The notes beneath the pieces are model-generated. The model made no database searches and was not told where the DNA came from. It saw nothing but the letters and a program-made list of their open reading frames with translations. A program made the translations under genes and the position numbers. Below, piece by piece: positions 13,676-26,069 of a stretch of DNA of 64,000 bases. The stretch is from Antedon mediterranea (taxonomy: Eukaryota > Animalia > Echinodermata). Each line of letters opens with the position of its first letter. Within the stretch, counting starts at the first letter, position 1. The stretch lies in the NCBI RefSeq assembly GCF_964355755.1, contig NC_092675.1, positions 23,656,912-23,720,911 on the forward strand, given 5' to 3'.

Positions 13676-16600
13676 TCACAAACCAACTGGCGGATAGTAG
13701 CTGTACATAGGAATGTATGAGGATGGTTCGAATGCTTTCTTATCTTCTGGTAATAAAGTCCGACCAAACACTGATTTCCCGTAATTTGGAACAGGTCCTG
13801 CAAACACAATGTCAATACAGAACTATTATATTTTTGTTGATTTCTAAATCTGTTGATTCTTAATCAACTATACAACTAGTACTGTATTTATTATAATATG
13901 TACTTATACTATTCGAATAGTTATTATTGATAAGCAACGCACTTATTTACATTTTGATACACTCAAAACATTTGTGAAATGTATTCATACACGAACAAAA
14001 ACAATATATAAACAAATTATTTAAAAAATCGTTGTTGTTTTACTGGATAACTGATAATGCTAGACTTCCAGTAATAGCACCTAATAGGACTACAAACATT
14101 AGGTAATGTACATAAAATAAACCAATAAATAAAAATTACGTCCAAGACAGTTTAACAGAAAAACTTGTCAGTTGCCAGCTATCGTCAACTGTCTTGAAGT
14201 ACGGTAAGTTTTATTATTGGTTTATTCATAAACATTAACTTATTACACTATTATTGTCCTCTGAAACCAAATATAACATTTCACACTTCGGGTCTACAAA
14301 TGTGAATTAGGTTTTTGTATAGAGATCGTACCACAGTAATAGCTAAATCCACCAAACGACTTTGTTTGAACCTGTGATGATTGTATCTGAAGCGGGATGC
14401 TCAGTTTCCTTTCTTTGTTGTCTCCGATGTTAAGTATCATCTAAAGTAACAAAAATAGTGAAGAGTCTATAAATTACAAGGATTAAATACCATTCTGCTT
14501 GTAAACGAATATACCCACAATGAAACATAATATACTAAGATATTCATGTCCAAAAATAGAAATAACTTCGCTTAATATAGTCAACACCTTTGTCGTTCCC
14601 GGTAAAGCGAGTCAATCGACTAAGCACATGCAAGGTCACTTTCCCGCCCTACTCAGTACTCTGTCATAATTTTTTTCTCTTCCTAGAAATGTATCTTAGA
14701 ATATAGAAACAATGTTCAAATTGAAAAATAAATAAATAAAGAAAGAAAAATTGGAAGCCCAGTTGCCCAGCCCCATACCTCTAAACAAACCATGGAAGAA
14801 AGAGAGTGTGCGAAAGATGAAATTTTTCTCAATGGAAAGTTCTTGCTCTTTTTTACAAATGAAACATCTTACCTCAATCGCATAGTGTATATCTATGAGC
14901 CGACTAATGCTTGATGGAGGAATTGGTGGGATCATAAGTGAACTATTTGTCCATTTCTTTGTTTCCATTCCTTCAACGTCACTTACAGCTTTACAGTCAA
15001 CTGCTCTTTCTTCCCGTCTATCACCATTTTCTCCGTGGTACACTACTTGTTGGTAAACGCAAATTTTTCCCGTGATCGTTTCTTTTGAATTGTTTTTTAT
15101 CTCTCCGCTGAACAAAATGGAATCACCTAAAAAGCGAGAGTATACTATAATACTAGACAAAAGTGAAAAGGTATGGAATCTCGATCCATAATTATGAAGA
15201 TTTGAAAATTATTAGTCGCGTGCGTGCAACGCGACTCTACAGCTCACTATTTCGGTCCGATGGCCGGTCGGTCGGCTGGTCGGTAAACACTAGCTAAAAT
15301 TTGAACACGCGACTGCAGCCGCTAGCCATGTATATGGTCTTGTTTAGAAAATGAAACTCACAAAAGTCGTTATTAAATAAATACGACAATGGACAGTATG
15401 TAACAAAATACATTATGATGCAGTGGTTCAATGTAGTTGTCATAGGCCTACCCAGCAAGTTAATATTGTTTAGAATGTGTACATATCCCCAATTATATTA
15501 AAATCATTATTATACACATGCATCTACAGATATAATTATTCATATTAATTTTCAATGTATTACTACCTGGATGGTATATGCTTCTATCAGTAGTGAAACT
15601 GTAAAACACTTTCCTTCTTCCTGGAAAACATGGACAGATTCTAAATGAGTTTGGTTTTGATTTAGTCACAGATTCCTATTTTAAAGAAATAAAAAGTTAT
15701 CTTCTTGAATGAAGTAATCGTCGTCTAATTTACTAACTTTACTAACTAAATTGTTTGATTTTTTTTAACCGTGATTTTGATTTTATTACAATACTTTGTG
15801 TTACAATGTTATACAGCCTCGTGGAAGAACACCTTTCTGGTACGAGTTTTTCTTTCCGTTGCAAGATCTTATTATTATTATTAAGCATACGGTAGTCTTT
15901 AGCCAACTTCACATGACATGAGTCATCTGTTAACTATCGAGAATTTCATGACATTCAACAAACCTAAATTAATTAAATTAATTTAAATGTTTTTATATAA
16001 TATGTACACTGTTTACGAAATAAAGAATGAATGAATGACAATGAACTGAAAAGACGTTTTCCTATATACTGTAAAGTACAGTAAAACCAAGTTTACAATA
16101 AGCAAACCTACAGGTTTGATTTGTATCTTGCTTCGGAGGTAAGCATATTAATTGCGTTCAATATTACTTACCAAATATGTTTCATCATTGAATGTTATCT
16201 CGTGGCTTGCAACGGTAAATGGTAGTTGTGCTTTTTTCTTGAATTCAAATCGTGTCGGTTCTAGCGAAGCTTCGAGCCAATATCGAGTAAAACCCATAGA
16301 GCCTTCGAATGTTGTCGGAAGCGACCTGGAGGATATACATTTTTACAAATGGTTATCATTTGGATCAAACACCTCTAAGATAGCCAAGAATAATAATGTA
16401 ATAATTATGTTATAAAGTATTGTGCATTATGTTCACAAAACATATTTATTCGAATAGGCATGCAATATTGTATATTGAACTTACTCGTGTGGAATTTGGA
16501 ATTCAAATCTGATTTCATTTCTACCAATAGGCATTTTTTTCTTTCCCCCGCCTAAAAAATATAAAGATATATTAACACATAAAATAAAAGCAAATGATAA

Positions 16601-18816
16601 TAGATAAAAAATGAATAAATAGAAAAATAAAGATAGTAAATAACGAATACATCGAATGAGTATCAGCAAAAACAAGTACCGTTTTTGGAAATTCTGTAAG
16701 AAACGGGTCGGCAATACTAGGCCTAACTAGTTAAGTACACATCGTAAAAGAAACTGTTATTAACATCAGTGTGGTGGTAATGAGATATACGCATTCGTCA
16801 CTCTTCTCATCTATATATAAATTTACGTAAGGGCAAAAATCGGTAAATCGTGCGTTATTTCTAGAATGTTTACGCGATGGTATATAAAGTTGGTTCGTAC
16901 TTTCGGTACTAATTTTAACCACCTGATGTAACCCTGTTTACTAATTAAATTGAGTTCGATAATTAGTTATTGACGATTAAAACGAATTTAGGTTCAAAGA
17001 TTTGCCCCAAATAGGGGTGTTTTCCGATCGTGGTATACACTGTCTAATGGATGTCAATTTGAAAAATACCCGCACACAATAATACGAGGACGCTTCGCAT
17101 TTTCCTATCTCCTCCTACGATAATTGTTTTTAATAGCTGAAAACCGGTTGAACAGTTCGAGTACAGCATCATGATGTTGAAGACAGGCCGATTTTCTTTA
17201 AAAAATGCTATTTTGATACATGTAATATACGTTTTTACAAATGTATTGATTTGTGATGAATGGAACATTCCAAATTATTTGGTTTAACCATAGAGGTATA
17301 GATTTAGATTTATGGGCCCCCTTGGAGAATAAACATAAATAGTATTGCAATGCTGTACAATACTGTTAAGGTATTGTTAGATTATAAACATATAATATAC
17401 AAATAAATAAACGTTATTACTGACAGTTGCTTCTCAACGTTTGTATTAATTAATAATTTAAAAATATATAAACGTACGTAGTGGTACGTGTATCGTTACA
17501 TGTACTTTACTATTTCAATAGACTATGACAGTGAGAGTTTTAACAAAGTATTAAATCGTAAATGGTTTACTGTATTTAGTGGTATATTATTTATAGGCCT
17601 ATAAAACATTAAAAACAATATTTCGTTACTGAGTGGATAAGAATATATTTTAAAATGTTTCCTCTTTGTACCTATCTTCTTCCCCCATCCCTCAACCCTT
17701 AATGTTACATACAAAACACAAATTGGGTTTGTTTAAATGAGTCCAAATAAAAAAATTTGACTCATTTTGTTTCTCTCTCGGAAGTAATTCCCAGGGTGCT
17801 AATTTTAGCTGACTACATAAATCATCGTGTATATTTATTCGTTTCTGTAAACGACAATGTATTATAGTCCTGCAGTACGTACATTTGAAATCTCCATTTT
17901 TTTCTCGCTGGAAAATACTGTGTATTCGAGAACCATCTGTGGGCACGACCTAGATGGTACGCGAGCGAAGCGAGCGTGCCATCTAGTTTATACAATAATA
18001 ACAACGCTAAACTAATTTATAAAGTTAATGTATTCGTATTACTGATACGCATACTTACGCTTTCCTCCCCAAAGTATTTGATTATCCCGGAAATGCCATT
18101 CATCCGAGTCATACTCCTCTTCCTCATCCTCATCATCTTCCTCTTCACATCCACCATCTTCTATTTTCTCTGATTGTTTTTTCACCTTTTCCTTGCTTTT
18201 CTTGGATTTTTGTATTTTGTTTTTCTTTGTGACATCCTCCTCTTCATCGGTGTCATCGTCTTCTTCATCACTTACGTCACACATTGCGTTATCATATTCA
18301 TTGTCAAGAGTTGTACTCTAATTCAAGAAATAAAAAAGGTCAGCTTTAAAAGTGTTTATTAGGATGCACACGTCAAAGAAGTAGACCAGTATGGTATGGT
18401 TATGTCAGTGTATATTCACTTAGTGTTAAAACCATTAACCATGAACTTACAATTACTTTTAATTAAACAGTTCTTAGGCATAATCTTACATTACTGTAAT
18501 TGAAATAAGGTTCCCGTAAAGGCATATTTTCCGTGCACATATTTACATAATTCACTTCTACACACTTCTATATTATCTTCCAACCCCGGCCCGAAAATGT
18601 ATGAACAATAGGGCCTATAGTTTAACGTAGGCCTATCAATAGTTCAATTCTTACCAAAGATGTCTTCCCACAAATGTCAATCTCCAACTTTGAAATCTTT
18701 GAAGGCTCATTTAGGTGTACCACGACTACTCCACAAATAGTATCACCTAGTCCAAACACATTCTCTCCAGCAGTGTGTCTATCAATTATAATTTTAAAAT
18801 CGCGTATTTTTCCCAT
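13676..18816 (-). CDS. Arrestin domain-containing protein (alpha-arrestin, ARRDC-like), paralog A, about 411 aa
   Basis: 8 exons: 18655-18816, 18059-18317, 16485-16551, 16172-16325, 15567-15675, 14873-15126, 14332-14440, 13676-13797; phases consistent, ends in TGA. Motifs: MGKIRDFKIIID..VFGLGDTICGVVVV, GRNEIRFEFQIP, LPTTFEGSMGFTRYWLEA, DRSIYHPGDSI, LMIPPIPPS, SVFG..YIPMYSYY. Confidence 0.92.
15211..15345 (+). mobile_element. DINE-1/Helentron-like short repeat, copy 1
   Basis: TTAGTCGCGTG..ACGCGACTCTA subterminal inverted repeat, (GGTC)n microsatellite, CACGCGACT again, ends TCTTGTT; partial copy at 34990-35099. Confidence 0.7.
16810..17986 (+). mobile_element. Non-autonomous Helitron in intron 2 of ARRDC paralog A
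   Basis: 5' end A|TCTATATATAAA at 16810; 3' hairpin CTAGATGGTACGC-GAGCGAAGCGA-GCGTGCCATCTAG ending CTAG|T at 17986; A-T target and no TSD. Confidence 0.72.
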
Positions 18817-19439
18817 GCTGTTTTGCGTGTTTTGGTTGTTGACATTCCAGTGTTACTTATAGGCTAAAAGCAGGACTATTATCAAGAATGAATGCAATGA
18901 AGTGTTAAGTAACTGTATTGTTTGTTGCACCCACTCTTGTCTGCACGTCAATGTCGTATCGTACAAAAGCGTGTGGTAGAGAACACGATTCTTGATTTGA
19001 ATTGCTAAGTTAAAGTCAAACCGAAACAAGTGATTTCTTACGCCCTCAAAATTCCTATCCTGGATTCATGTTATAACACCTTGATCACAACGTCACGAAT
19101 TCAATTCTACTAACACCTTTCCATTTTACGTGGGTCTGCTTTCACAAAGGGTCGTTCAGACTGAGTTAAGTTACCCGCCAATCTTCACCGAATGATTACT
19201 GTTAATTCTGGTTGGCAGGGATAACTAAGAGAAAGTAGTTGGTATGTTCTTAGTTTAGCAAGTTGAAATATGCATTACATCACTAAGTATGATGCGATAC
19301 TATTGTAATAAAAAAGTGTTGTATTATATTGCCTTATAGAAATAGTTATATTAAGTATTTTATATAGTTATATAATACAGATATATAATACAAGACACAG
19401 ATGTCAAAGGTCGTAAAGCTTTTGTATAACGATATTAAT

Positions 19440-19520
19440 TAATAATAATGATAATAATAATATATACGAATTTGTAAAGGGCCAATTCCAGCAACAATTA
19501 GTGATCCAAGGCGCTGTGGC
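19440..19520 (-). mobile_element. Short 3' tail remnant of an L2/CR1-like LINE or LINE-dependent SINE
   Basis: Minus strand reads CAGCGCCTTGGATCAC..TGGCCCTTTACAAAT..(TTA)n, the same layout as the LINE tail at 32639-32740. Confidence 0.4.
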
Positions 19521-20838
19521 GTATTTCTCCAATCTGTGCTGAAATGTTATAATCAACCCTTCAAGGTGAAGTCAAGATGTGGCCACTTCTGCGAATCAAC
19601 TTCTCGCGATTAATTGATTATTTATTTCCTCTGTTCTTTTTCACAAAATCATTTATTCGTATTGGAATATACATGGACGATTTGTTTTTGTATTTACCAG
19701 ATGACGAGGATTAGTTTGAGATATCGAGTACAAAAATGGTTTACGCAATCCCTCCCACTCACAAATAGTATAGTTTTGTTAAAATTGGCAATTATTCACG
19801 ATTCAGTTTGAGAGTCTCATTTTATTGTATTTGGCATCAAATAATATATATTTACATGCATTTACATAAAGTATAATTAGGATATATGCCTAATGGTAAA
19901 TAAGAACATGAGCTGTTGGTTAAAATCCTGGTTTATGCACACACATACTAGTTTTACCAAAATTAGAAATATGCCAACGAATCATTTCTAAGAATCTCTT
20001 TTTTTGTATAATAAATATTGAATTGACATAAATCGATATATTTACACGCAATTAGTTCAAGTAGACCATACATACAAACGAAAATGAATTAGAATAAAGT
20101 AATATGTATGAAGGTAAATTAATGGAAACTTGTTTATTTATACTGTTATCAGCCACCAGCAAGAACACTTTCTATTTTGTATAGTGTTAAATACCTTGCA
20201 TCCAGATACACAAGATTAGAATATGCCTTTATAACACAAAAATACTTTATAATATGTCCAATATGATTGATACATTTTATACTGGTATAACTATTAGATC
20301 AACACAATAAACAACAATACAATTTTTAAACTGGGTTATCGACTATAGAATAGATTGTAATGTTACTCGTCCGTGGAATTGTCGTAGGCTCCTGTAATCA
20401 AATAAACAAGAGAGGGGATTTATAAAATAAGCCAGCCTTGTGCATAGCTAACAAAATAAAACTAGTTGTTTGCACGCAACACAAATGTTTGATAAAAAGC
20501 AAAATGATTTGAATAAAACTGAAATATTTATGGAATGTGTGGTCTTATAAAAATAATTATTATATTATTAAATCCTACCAGTAAGTATAATATGAACTTG
20601 TATAGTGTATATCTAGAATCATGACTTATTGAAGTAAGTACTCACATTACATACTATGTTGTACGGTAATATCTAGTGACAATAAACATGTATATTGGAT
20701 GTATATAACAAACAGAATGTATCGAAAGACTTGCAACATTTTACCATGTATTAGCACATCGAGTATAAATTGTAATAAAACCTATATTGAATTGCATTGA
20801 TCACATCAAATTACATTCTTTTACACCATACCGTTCTT

Positions 20839-23800
20839 CTATGTTGGATCAAAATAGCTGTACATTGGTATATATTTTGAATCGCCTAAAACCTTTTCAT
20901 TGGTGTCCGTATCTACCGGTCCAAACACACTGCTTGCATACTGTGATCCTGAGAAAAAATAAACCATCAGAATAAGTTTAAGTAGATGCAGAAAAAATAA
21001 ACCAACCAGATTAAATTATTTACACATATATAAAACTAATAATGTTGGCGGCTTTTCAATATATAGCATTCTTTCGCTTTAAAAAGTAATGTTCAGGAAG
21101 ACCCACTACAGATTGTTTGAATGCTTGGTGCAATTAGTTTTTTTAAGCAACAGTTACTTTGATAGAAACTATAGGCATACACTTTGTACATACACGAAAT
21201 TTAAATATATTTTGATGGTTTTTCTAAAAGATTCAAAGTCGTGTAAGGATGTTTACAATCTATCACAAAGACGAAGGAAGGCAAATAATCATGAATAACT
21301 ATTTGTTTTTACCTGAAAGCAAGAATTCTGTGCTCATACTTTTACTTCTTCCCACTCCTCCTCCTCCAAAGCCAGACGAAGAGGACGAACTCATTGTCGC
21401 AGTTGTATCTACTACTGGAGGTAGATGCATTGGTAATGGAACGGTTCCGATTAGGACGGGTATACACACAGATGTCTCTTTAGATCGTGAAACTTTTAAG
21501 GAAAGCTGGAATATCAAAAAACACCACGTTAAGGCAGTTGTGACTATACGTTGTACTTTAATGTAGCTTAACATTTACAATACTACAGTTCACAGTTAGC
21601 ATGCAAATTTAAGCCTGGATTACTTAATTGTGAATAATGCGTTATGCAAAAGTGCCAAATTGCAAAAATATATCTGTATTTATAGCAATGACAACAATTT
21701 AATTTGAGTAATCTTCAAGTAGGTCCCACGAAGATTATGTATCTCCCCCTCTCCTCATATAAAAACAAATAGAAATAAGCAATATACAGATTGCAGTATG
21801 AATTGGTTACCTTAAGGTAATATTCGACCTCGATATATTTGCATTTGAATGAAGGTGGAATTGGAGGCATCTGTAATGCAAAATTACTCCAATTCTGGGT
21901 GTCTTTCTTGCTAACCATTTGCAGGTCTTCTGAGGTCACGATTTTGTCCGTGACTTTACTGTTCATTTCTTGAGAGTACGTTGACTTTTGGTGAAACGAT
22001 ACACTTGGTTTGATTTTCTTATTGGATGAATTCATTATCTCTCCACTGTAAATTAAGCTTTCACCTGTAACGAATTACACTAATTTATTCTTTAACACAG
22101 TTAAAAGTGTTTAAACTCTGTAATATTAAATGTTGTGTTTATACTGCAATGTGCGGATGTCAAATATTATAGAATCACTTGTTTATATATAAGTATATAT
22201 GTATATGTTAGTGAATACCGAAACTGCAATATGGCCTATTCAAAGTTTTTTTTTTATTTAATCTTCATTTTGTGAAAATACATCATTAATAAGAGATATT
22301 AATTCGTAAAGATTATTGTAATTTAATATAATATTATACACCATATACCAAACGTAGTACATGTATTGCTTATTTAATTCATTACGTACCTGGTGAATAT
22401 GATCTTCTTTCTAGTACTAGGTTGAAGTAAAGTTGCTGTGGTTTTGAACAGCATTTAGCGTTACGTAATACTTTCTCCTTATTTGCACTCATCTTAACCT
22501 ATGTAAACATTATTGTACGTATATATTATATTGAGCATGTGTTAATGACTCTTTATTCAGTAGGCCCCTATAATCTGAACATAACCACAGAGGTTATGGT
22601 AGGATTTTGAGTCATAAAAAGAAATGCACCGGTGAATCTTTGGTGGGCAGCGGGGTTTTCACTCTTTTCTTCATCTTAACCATTTTATAAATTAACTTTA
22701 AAAATTATCTTTTAAAATCAACATATGTTAACAAAGAATTGATTACTGATAATGTAGGCCTATGGGTTAATATAACTCATCAATAATAAGTAGATGGCAT
22801 TACAAAAACATGTGGCATGGAATCGACAATTGAAAAATATTTATATGTCATCATACGATCTTCCCATAAAAATGAACATGTTTTTAACTTTTTTTCTCAG
22901 TGTAGTTATGTTAACATTCGTATTTACACTTACTGCGTACATTGGGTGTGTCAAATCCACTGTATTTATCACTGTGATAATCTTTCTTGATTTCTTGTCA
23001 AAATCAAACATACCAGGATCTATTTCCGCATCTAACCAATATCGGATACTTCCATGTTCTCCTTCAAAGGATGTTGGCAAATTACTAAGTTTGAAGAAAA
23101 AAAACAGTCATTACCAAATTCCATTAAAATAATTCTTCAGTAGAAACAGTTTTCTTTTCAAATTGTATATTTACTAAATATATGTTAAGATTTAGATATC
23201 ATATACATTATTGAGACCTACCTTGACGGTAAAACAAACTCAAATCGAAGATTGTTTTTTCCTGGTGCAAATATTGTACTTGCATTAGCTAAATAAAATA
23301 GAAAAAAAAAAATCATTTTTACAGAATTGTAAACCAAATGTAATCGTTTTATAGAGATAAAAGAAAGAAGATTCGCTATTAATAAAGTATTATATAAATT
23401 GTAATTACAACATGCGCTTATTTTTATGTCGTTTCGTGGTCTCAATACAATATTGATGAAAACAAACTATTGAGTAATCAAAAAGTAAAAAAGTGCCAGT
23501 ATTTTTTTTTTTATTATTTTATCTTTTAAGCCTTATGAAGTAATGACTCACAATCTCCCCATATTATCTTATAATCATCGACGTAAATGTCATTATTTGT
23601 GTCATCGGTTTTATCTTCTTCTTCATCATTTTCATTATTCTCCCCTTCATCGGCTATCTCTTTTCCAATATTCACCTGTTTCAAAATAAGTATATTTGAC
23701 ATGCATATTTATACTTTTTCCTCAAATTAAGTTGGTACTCTCTATAATTTTGTCAAGAAGAATTCAATGCGTATAGAAAATTCTGTCCAGTATAATGCCT

Positions 23801-24090
23801 ACTCTAACATGATGAATGTAAATGCATCGACTTTGCACAGGAGAGAGAAATTTAGAGCAAAAGTATGAATAATGGTTTTAAACGTACGTGACACCAATAG
23901 TCACAATAACAATACTAACTATATGAATAGAGATACATACCATAGATTTTCCAAACAGATGAATGCTTATTTGTGGAATCTTTGTGGAATTTGCGAGTGT
24001 TAAAGACACCGAGCCGCAGATACTTTCACCAACTCTGTATACGGCTGAAGCATTGTCTAAGCATATTGATAAATCTTGTATTCGTCCCAT
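20839..24090 (-). CDS. Arrestin domain-containing protein (alpha-arrestin, ARRDC-like), paralog B, about 385 aa
   Basis: 8 exons: 23941-24090, 23552-23675, 23222-23288, 22934-23084, 22390-22498, 21811-22064, 21313-21505, 20839-20948; phases consistent, ends in TAG. Motifs: VYRVGESICGSV, PGKNNLRFEFVLP, LPTSFEGEHGSIRYWLDA, RRSYSPGES, MPPIPPS..IEVEYYLK, IPVLIGTVP, SVFG..YIPMYSYF. Confidence 0.94.
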
Positions 24091-26069
24091 AGCTCAATCA
24101 AGTACAACACAATACTCATAATAAAGTACGAAACTGTAGATTATATACAATATTTTTATTTGTTCTGAACCCATCATGGATGATTACGCTATCTGAATAG
24201 AGAAAAGACAAGCCGTGCCCACATACATATGCCTACGTATCAACGTCAGGATTCACCTACACAAAATAACGATTATTTATTTTATTGTCGATATAGAGCG
24301 GATCAAATATGTAGAGTGGCGACAAAGCCCACTGCTGGACTGAGCTGAGATGTACCATAAGAGGCGAGAAAATGCCGATGAAATTAAAGCAACATACATG
24401 AACCACGATATCTTTACTTGCTGCTATATTTCAGGCAAAGCACAATTTCTGTGTCAAATTATTTTAAATTTTCATAATGTTTCCGGCTTTATTTTGAACA
24501 AATATCAATTGTTTATTAAAATATCAAAATATAAATAAAAATATGAGGACAGGTAAATCCTAATATGAGGCAAGAAAAACTGGCTGATATGTTCCATCAC
24601 AAAGAGACCGAAACGTGATATGATTTGCTCCAACACACACAGGAGATCAGAGGAGGTAGAGATTTTTGGTTTTGTTGTCTGTCAGGTACATTTACCGTTT
24701 TTTAATTACACAGGTAGGAAGTGCGGTCGGTGTGGTTTATTTTAAATTGTTATTAAAAAAAACCCCATTATTGTCAAGTTCAAGGATGGTTTAAGACTCG
24801 TCTTTCAGATTCACAGCGAGAGGGCGGTTTAGACGATTATGTTTAGGTGAAAGTTGTAGTTTTAGTTTCAGTCCTTTAATAAAAAAAAAAGTTTCGGTTA
24901 ATTCGATTCTCTTTAAATTTGAATTAGTTTTCCTTTTGATTAATTGTATACTTACTTTTTTCGTTCGTATTACTATAGGCCCTAATTAACATACCGAGTG
25001 GTTGTAGGAGCACAGGCACAAACATATTCAAATGTGATATGATATCATAGAAGAAATAAATAAAGTATTTCTTCCATGGCGAGATTATAGTTGCATCGAT
25101 CTCGATATTTACACGTCATAAGATGTAGGCACAATTATTTAAAGAAATAACAGTTCATCCATTATTCATTATTCATTTATTTTTCTCATTATTATTTTCT
25201 GCCTTTAAGTATATAAAAACAGTTTACTTATAAATCAACGCCGATCAGTCAAGTACATGACTAGATAACTAGTTACTAAATGCAATCGTACAAATCTACA
25301 TAATAAATTATTATAATTTACAAAATATGAGTATAAATTAGAACGTATTTACATTAAAGATTCGGTCATATTTACAACGGTATAAAAATTGATGACAAAC
25401 AAAAGGCGTTGTCTGATCTCAAACAAATTCAAGACCAAAAATATTACATATTATTTAATTGGAATTATATAACTACCGTTCCAAGGAACGAAACGTGGTG
25501 TTATATTGACCGGTCAATATAACGCGTCTAGCTGACGTAATTAGATTACACCCAATAAGAAAAAAAACAGGCCTCATTTTAGTGTCATTTTTGTTACAAA
25601 AATAACAGTATTTTAAAAATTGCTACAACGACCTACCGGAGATACAATATTTTCATTTTTTGGGCTTTGTAATTATAGAAGATAGTGTATTAGTATACAA
25701 GAACTATTTACTTTCAATATATGATGAACGTTAAATATATATTTTATACGACCACAGTTAAGATCGGATAAAGAGGTTTAACTAGACATTGTAGCTTTGT
25801 TTCTTGATTTATTATTAGTGTATGTGTTTTTTTGGTTTTTTTCGTATTCGTATTTAATGTTATATCCTGGGGTTGGTCTTTCTGACTTATATGACCATCC
25901 CCCCACGTGATTACATTCATTGTATTTATTATCCTGTATGTTATTGTGTAAATTGAATTGAATTGATATCGGTATGTATTTGTATAGGTGTCATAAAATA
26001 TGTCAAATACTGTTGGCTTGGAAATGCTAGGAGATCGCATTTCCTACTTAGACGTCTCTGAAGCTGAAT

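Noticed and set aside
18174-22800. Plus-strand ORFs overlapping ARRDC exons (for example 18174-18362, 18674-18862, 21249-21566)
   Set aside because: Antisense shadows of real minus-strand exons.
25744-26040. 98-aa ORF after the receptor C stop
   Set aside because: Low-complexity AT-rich sequence in the likely 3' UTR; no recognisable domain.
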